A program made the translations under genes and the position numbers. A model generated the notes under the pieces. It was not told the origin of the DNA and made no database searches. It saw nothing but the letters and a program-made list of their open reading frames with translations. A stretch of DNA of 64,000 nt from Gammaproteobacteria bacterium (GTDB lineage Bacteria > Pseudomonadota > Gammaproteobacteria > GCA-001735895): positions 42,662 to 106,661 of the forward strand of contig JALSKD010000179.1 in assembly GCA_026989015.1 (NCBI GenBank), written 5' to 3'. This document shows positions 61,309 through 64,000 of this stretch, piece after piece (the stretch's first letter is position 1; each line of letters starts with the position of its first letter).

Positions 61309-63453
61309 TCAGGCGCTGTATTGACCGGCGAAACGCCGCATCAGCTCCTGCTCCGGCATGGCCTTGCCAAACAGCCAGCCCTGAGCCTGATCGCAGCCCA
61401 ATTCGCGCAGGATGGCACGCTGAGTCTCCTGTTCGACCCCTTCGGCCACCACCTTCAGGCCAAGACGCTGGGCCATTGCCAGGATGGCTTCGACCAGCGC
61501 CCGGTCAGCCGCACTGTCGGCAATACCACCGATGAAACTGCGGTCGATCTTGAGCACATCGAAGGGGTACTCGCGCAGGTAGCTCAGCGACGAATAGCCG
61601 GTGCCGAAATCGTCCATCGCCAGGGATATGCCCAGCTCCGAAAACGCCTGCAGTTGCCGGTCCACGCCATCGTGACCGCTGAGCAGCACACCCTCGGTGA
61701 TTTCCAGCTCCAGTGCGCTTGGGGGCAATGCGCGTTGGCGCAGTGCGTTGTCGATGGTTTCGGTCAGATGCTCCTGGCGGAACTGTCTGGGCGACAGGTT
61801 CACTGCAACCGACAGCGGTTCGCCATGGCGCCGACGCCAACCGGCCACGAAATCCAGCGACTGTTCCAGCACGAATGCGCCGATGGCAAGGATCTGTCCG
61901 TTGCTTTCGGCCATGGGAATGAATTCCACCGGCGACACTTCGCCCAGCTGCGGGCTGTTCCAGCGCAGCAGGGCTTCGACCCCGACCAGGCGGCCGCTGT
62001 CGAGCGCCAGCTTGGGCTGGTAGAGCACACGGAATTCCCCTCGCTCCAGCGCCGACATCATGCATTCCTCGATGGCCAGCCGCCGTTCCACCGAGCGATT
62101 CAGCTCTTCGGTGAAAAACGCATAGCCGTTGCGCCCATCGGCCTTGGCCTGATACATGGCGGCATCGGCCTTGCGCAGCAGCTCGCTGCCGTTGTCGCCG
62201 TTCTGAGGACTGAGGGCGATGCCGATGCTGGCCGAGATGCGCAGATCCCGCCCCTGTACACGGTAGGGCCGGGACAGGGTCTGCAACAGCTTCTCGGCCA
62301 CGCCTGCGGCATTGGCCGGCGACGACAGTTGGGGCAGCAGCACGATGAATTCATCGCCGCCGAGGCGGCCCACCGTGTCTCCACTGCGCAGGCAACGGCC
62401 GAGCCGCCCTGCGACCTCGATCAGCAGGTGGTCGCCGGTGTCATGGCCCAGGCTGTCGTTGATCTTCTTGAAATCGTCCAGATCGAGGAACAGCACGGCC
62501 ACCTCGCTGCCGCTGCGCTCGGCCTGGAGAATGTCCTGCCGCAGACGGTCCAGCACCAGGCTGCGGTTCGGCAGATCGGTCAGGTGGTCGTACAGCGCCT
62601 GGTGACGAATGCGTTCCTCGGCCAGTTTCTGATCCGTGATGTCGCGGCTGACGCCGCGGTAACCGAGGAAACGCCCGTCATCATCGAACATCGGCTTGCC
62701 GCTGACGCTGACATACCGCACCGTCCCATCGTCCCATCGCCAGCTGGCAATGAAATCGTTGAACGGCTTTCGCTCGCGGATCAGCTTCAGGTGCGCCTCG
62801 AATTCCGGCGTGCGTTCCACCGGCTGGCCGGCGTAGAGCTCCTCGCGCGTCTTGCCGAGCACGAATTCCGGTTCATGCCCCATCAGGAAACGCACCTTTC
62901 CGGAGACCCGGGAGAAGCGCAACTGCGCGTCCATCTCCCAGTACAGGTCGGCCGCGGTATCGGCAAAATCCTGGAAACGGGCTTCACTTTCCCGCAACGC
63001 ACACAACAGTGCATGGTCCTCGCTGATGTCACGGAAGGCGTAGAGACGGCCGATCACCCGGCCCTGCGCATCCTTCAGCTGGGAGCGGCTCTCCGACACC
63101 TGAATCGAACGCCCCGCCCCCTGATGCAGCACCCGATGCGACCGCTGTGCCCCCGGGTGCTGGGTCAGTGCCGGTTCATCGGAAGGGCTGCAACGGTAGA
63201 CGGCTTCGAGCGGCTGTCCCAGGGCCGTGGCGCGTTCGCAGCCGGTGAGCCGTTCGGCCAGCGGGTTGAGGTAGAGAATGCGTTGCTGCCGGTCGGTGGC
63301 GATCACCGCATCGCCCAGCGATTCGAGCATCTGGGCCTGCAGCGGATCGGATGTGGCCCGCGGTACCCGGCGCCAGAACAGGGCGGACAACAGCAGCCCG
63401 AGCAGCAACCCGAACAGGCCGCTCACCACCGGATCAGCCCACGGCTCAGCCAC
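61309..63453 (-). CDS. TM-PAS-PAS-GGDEF-EAL c-di-GMP enzyme
   Basis: FLDLDDFKKIND, RLGGDEF, VEALLRW, DDFGTGYSS; inferred GTG start overlapping the upstream stop. Confidence 0.9.
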   Translation of the reverse strand: MAEPWADPVVSGLFGLLLGLLLSALFWRRVPRATSDPLQAQMLESLGDAVIATDRQQRILYLNPLAERLTGCERATALGQPLEAVYRCSPSDEPALTQHPGAQRSHRVLHQGAGRSIQVSESRSQLKDAQGRVIGRLYAFRDISEDHALLCALRESEARFQDFADTAADLYWEMDAQLRFSRVSGKVRFLMGHEPEFVLGKTREELYAGQPVERTPEFEAHLKLIRERKPFNDFIASWRWDDGTVRYVSVSGKPMFDDDGRFLGYRGVSRDITDQKLAEERIRHQALYDHLTDLPNRSLVLDRLRQDILQAERSGSEVAVLFLDLDDFKKINDSLGHDTGDHLLIEVAGRLGRCLRSGDTVGRLGGDEFIVLLPQLSSPANAAGVAEKLLQTLSRPYRVQGRDLRISASIGIALSPQNGDNGSELLRKADAAMYQAKADGRNGYAFFTEELNRSVERRLAIEECMMSALERGEFRVLYQPKLALDSGRLVGVEALLRWNSPQLGEVSPVEFIPMAESNGQILAIGAFVLEQSLDFVAGWRRRHGEPLSVAVNLSPRQFRQEHLTETIDNALRQRALPPSALELEITEGVLLSGHDGVDRQLQAFSELGISLAMDDFGTGYSSLSYLREYPFDVLKIDRSFIGGIADSAADRALVEAILAMAQRLGLKVVAEGVEQETQRAILRELGCDQAQGWLFGKAMPEQELMRRFAGQYSA

Positions 63454-64000
63454 CGAAACGGTCCTCGTCACAGGGTTTGCCGAACAGATAACCCTGAGCA
63501 CAGTCACAACGCAGGCTGCGCAGAAAGGCGCGCTGCTCCTCGGTTTCCACGCCCTCGGCCACCACTTCCAGCCCCAGTCCGTGGGCCATGGCAATGGCGG
63601 CGGCGATCAATTCGCGGTCAGCGGCATCGTTGCCGATGTCATGGATGAAACTGCGGTCGATCTTGAGTACATCGAAGGGGTATTCGCGCAGATAGCTCAG
63701 TGACGAATAGCCGGTACCGAAATCGTCCATGGCGATGCGCACGCCGAGGGCGGTCAGGTCATCAAGGGCGTGCTCGATATGGGCATGCCCGCTCATCAGC
63801 ACGCCCTCGGTGATCTCCAGTTCCAGGGCCGCCGCCGGCAGGCGATGGCGCTGCAGTGCGGCTCCGATCTCGGCCACCAGGTTGGGATCGCGGAACTGGC
63901 GCGGCGAGAGGTTGACCGCGACATGGAAATCGTCGAACCGGTCCCGCTGGCGGCTGACCATGGCCAGGGCTTCCTGCAGCACGAACTGGCCCAGGGGCAC
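63446..64000 (-). CDS. EAL-domain protein, C-terminal part (truncated by window end)
   Basis: VNLSPRQF, LEITE, DDFGTGYSS, VVAEGVE, QGYLF. Confidence 0.9.
   Translation of the reverse strand: MPLGQFVLQEALAMVSRQRDRFDDFHVAVNLSPRQFRDPNLVAEIGAALQRHRLPAAALELEITEGVLMSGHAHIEHALDDLTALGVRIAMDDFGTGYSSLSYLREYPFDVLKIDRSFIHDIGNDAADRELIAAAIAMAHGLGLEVVAEGVETEEQRAFLRSLRCDCAQGYLFGKPCDEDRFGG

Noticed and set aside
60820-63648. 942-aa plus-strand ORF
   Set aside because: Antisense shadow of rnpB and the GGDEF-EAL gene; such shadows are common in GC-rich DNA

Overview
GC-rich gammaproteobacterial chromosome segment made mostly of housekeeping genes. It carries argD(partial)-argF, argA, an atypical dksA, sucCD, the type IVa pilus locus (pilS-pilR-sigma54-pilA-pilBCD-coaE-zapD), lpxC-M23-secA-argJ-mutT, xerD, lptFG/pepA/holC/valS, the full dcw cluster (mraZ to ftsZ), the RNase P RNA gene and two tandem EAL-domain genes. 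No transposases, prophage genes, CRISPR arrays or tRNAs were seen. ftsZ and lpxC are normally adjacent but are about 18.7 kb apart here, and that block holds the most interesting content. (1) A stand-alone, translationally coupled motA-motB-pilZ operon with a perfect sigma28 promoter, Na+-type stator signatures and a substituted torque-generating Glu; it is a candidate c-di-GMP-gated auxiliary stator or brake module. (2) A Lys-rich protein with two AT-hook motifs and a coiled coil, a candidate nucleoid-associated protein. (3) A structured pepA leader. (4) An orphan ODP di-iron protein divergent from a lipoprotein cytochrome c. (5) A beta-helix lipoprotein with a 15-bp tandem repeat. A catalytically degenerate membrane GGDEF protein and a one-Cys (probably Zn-independent) DksA lie outside that block. 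All calls come from reading motifs by eye; no searches were run.
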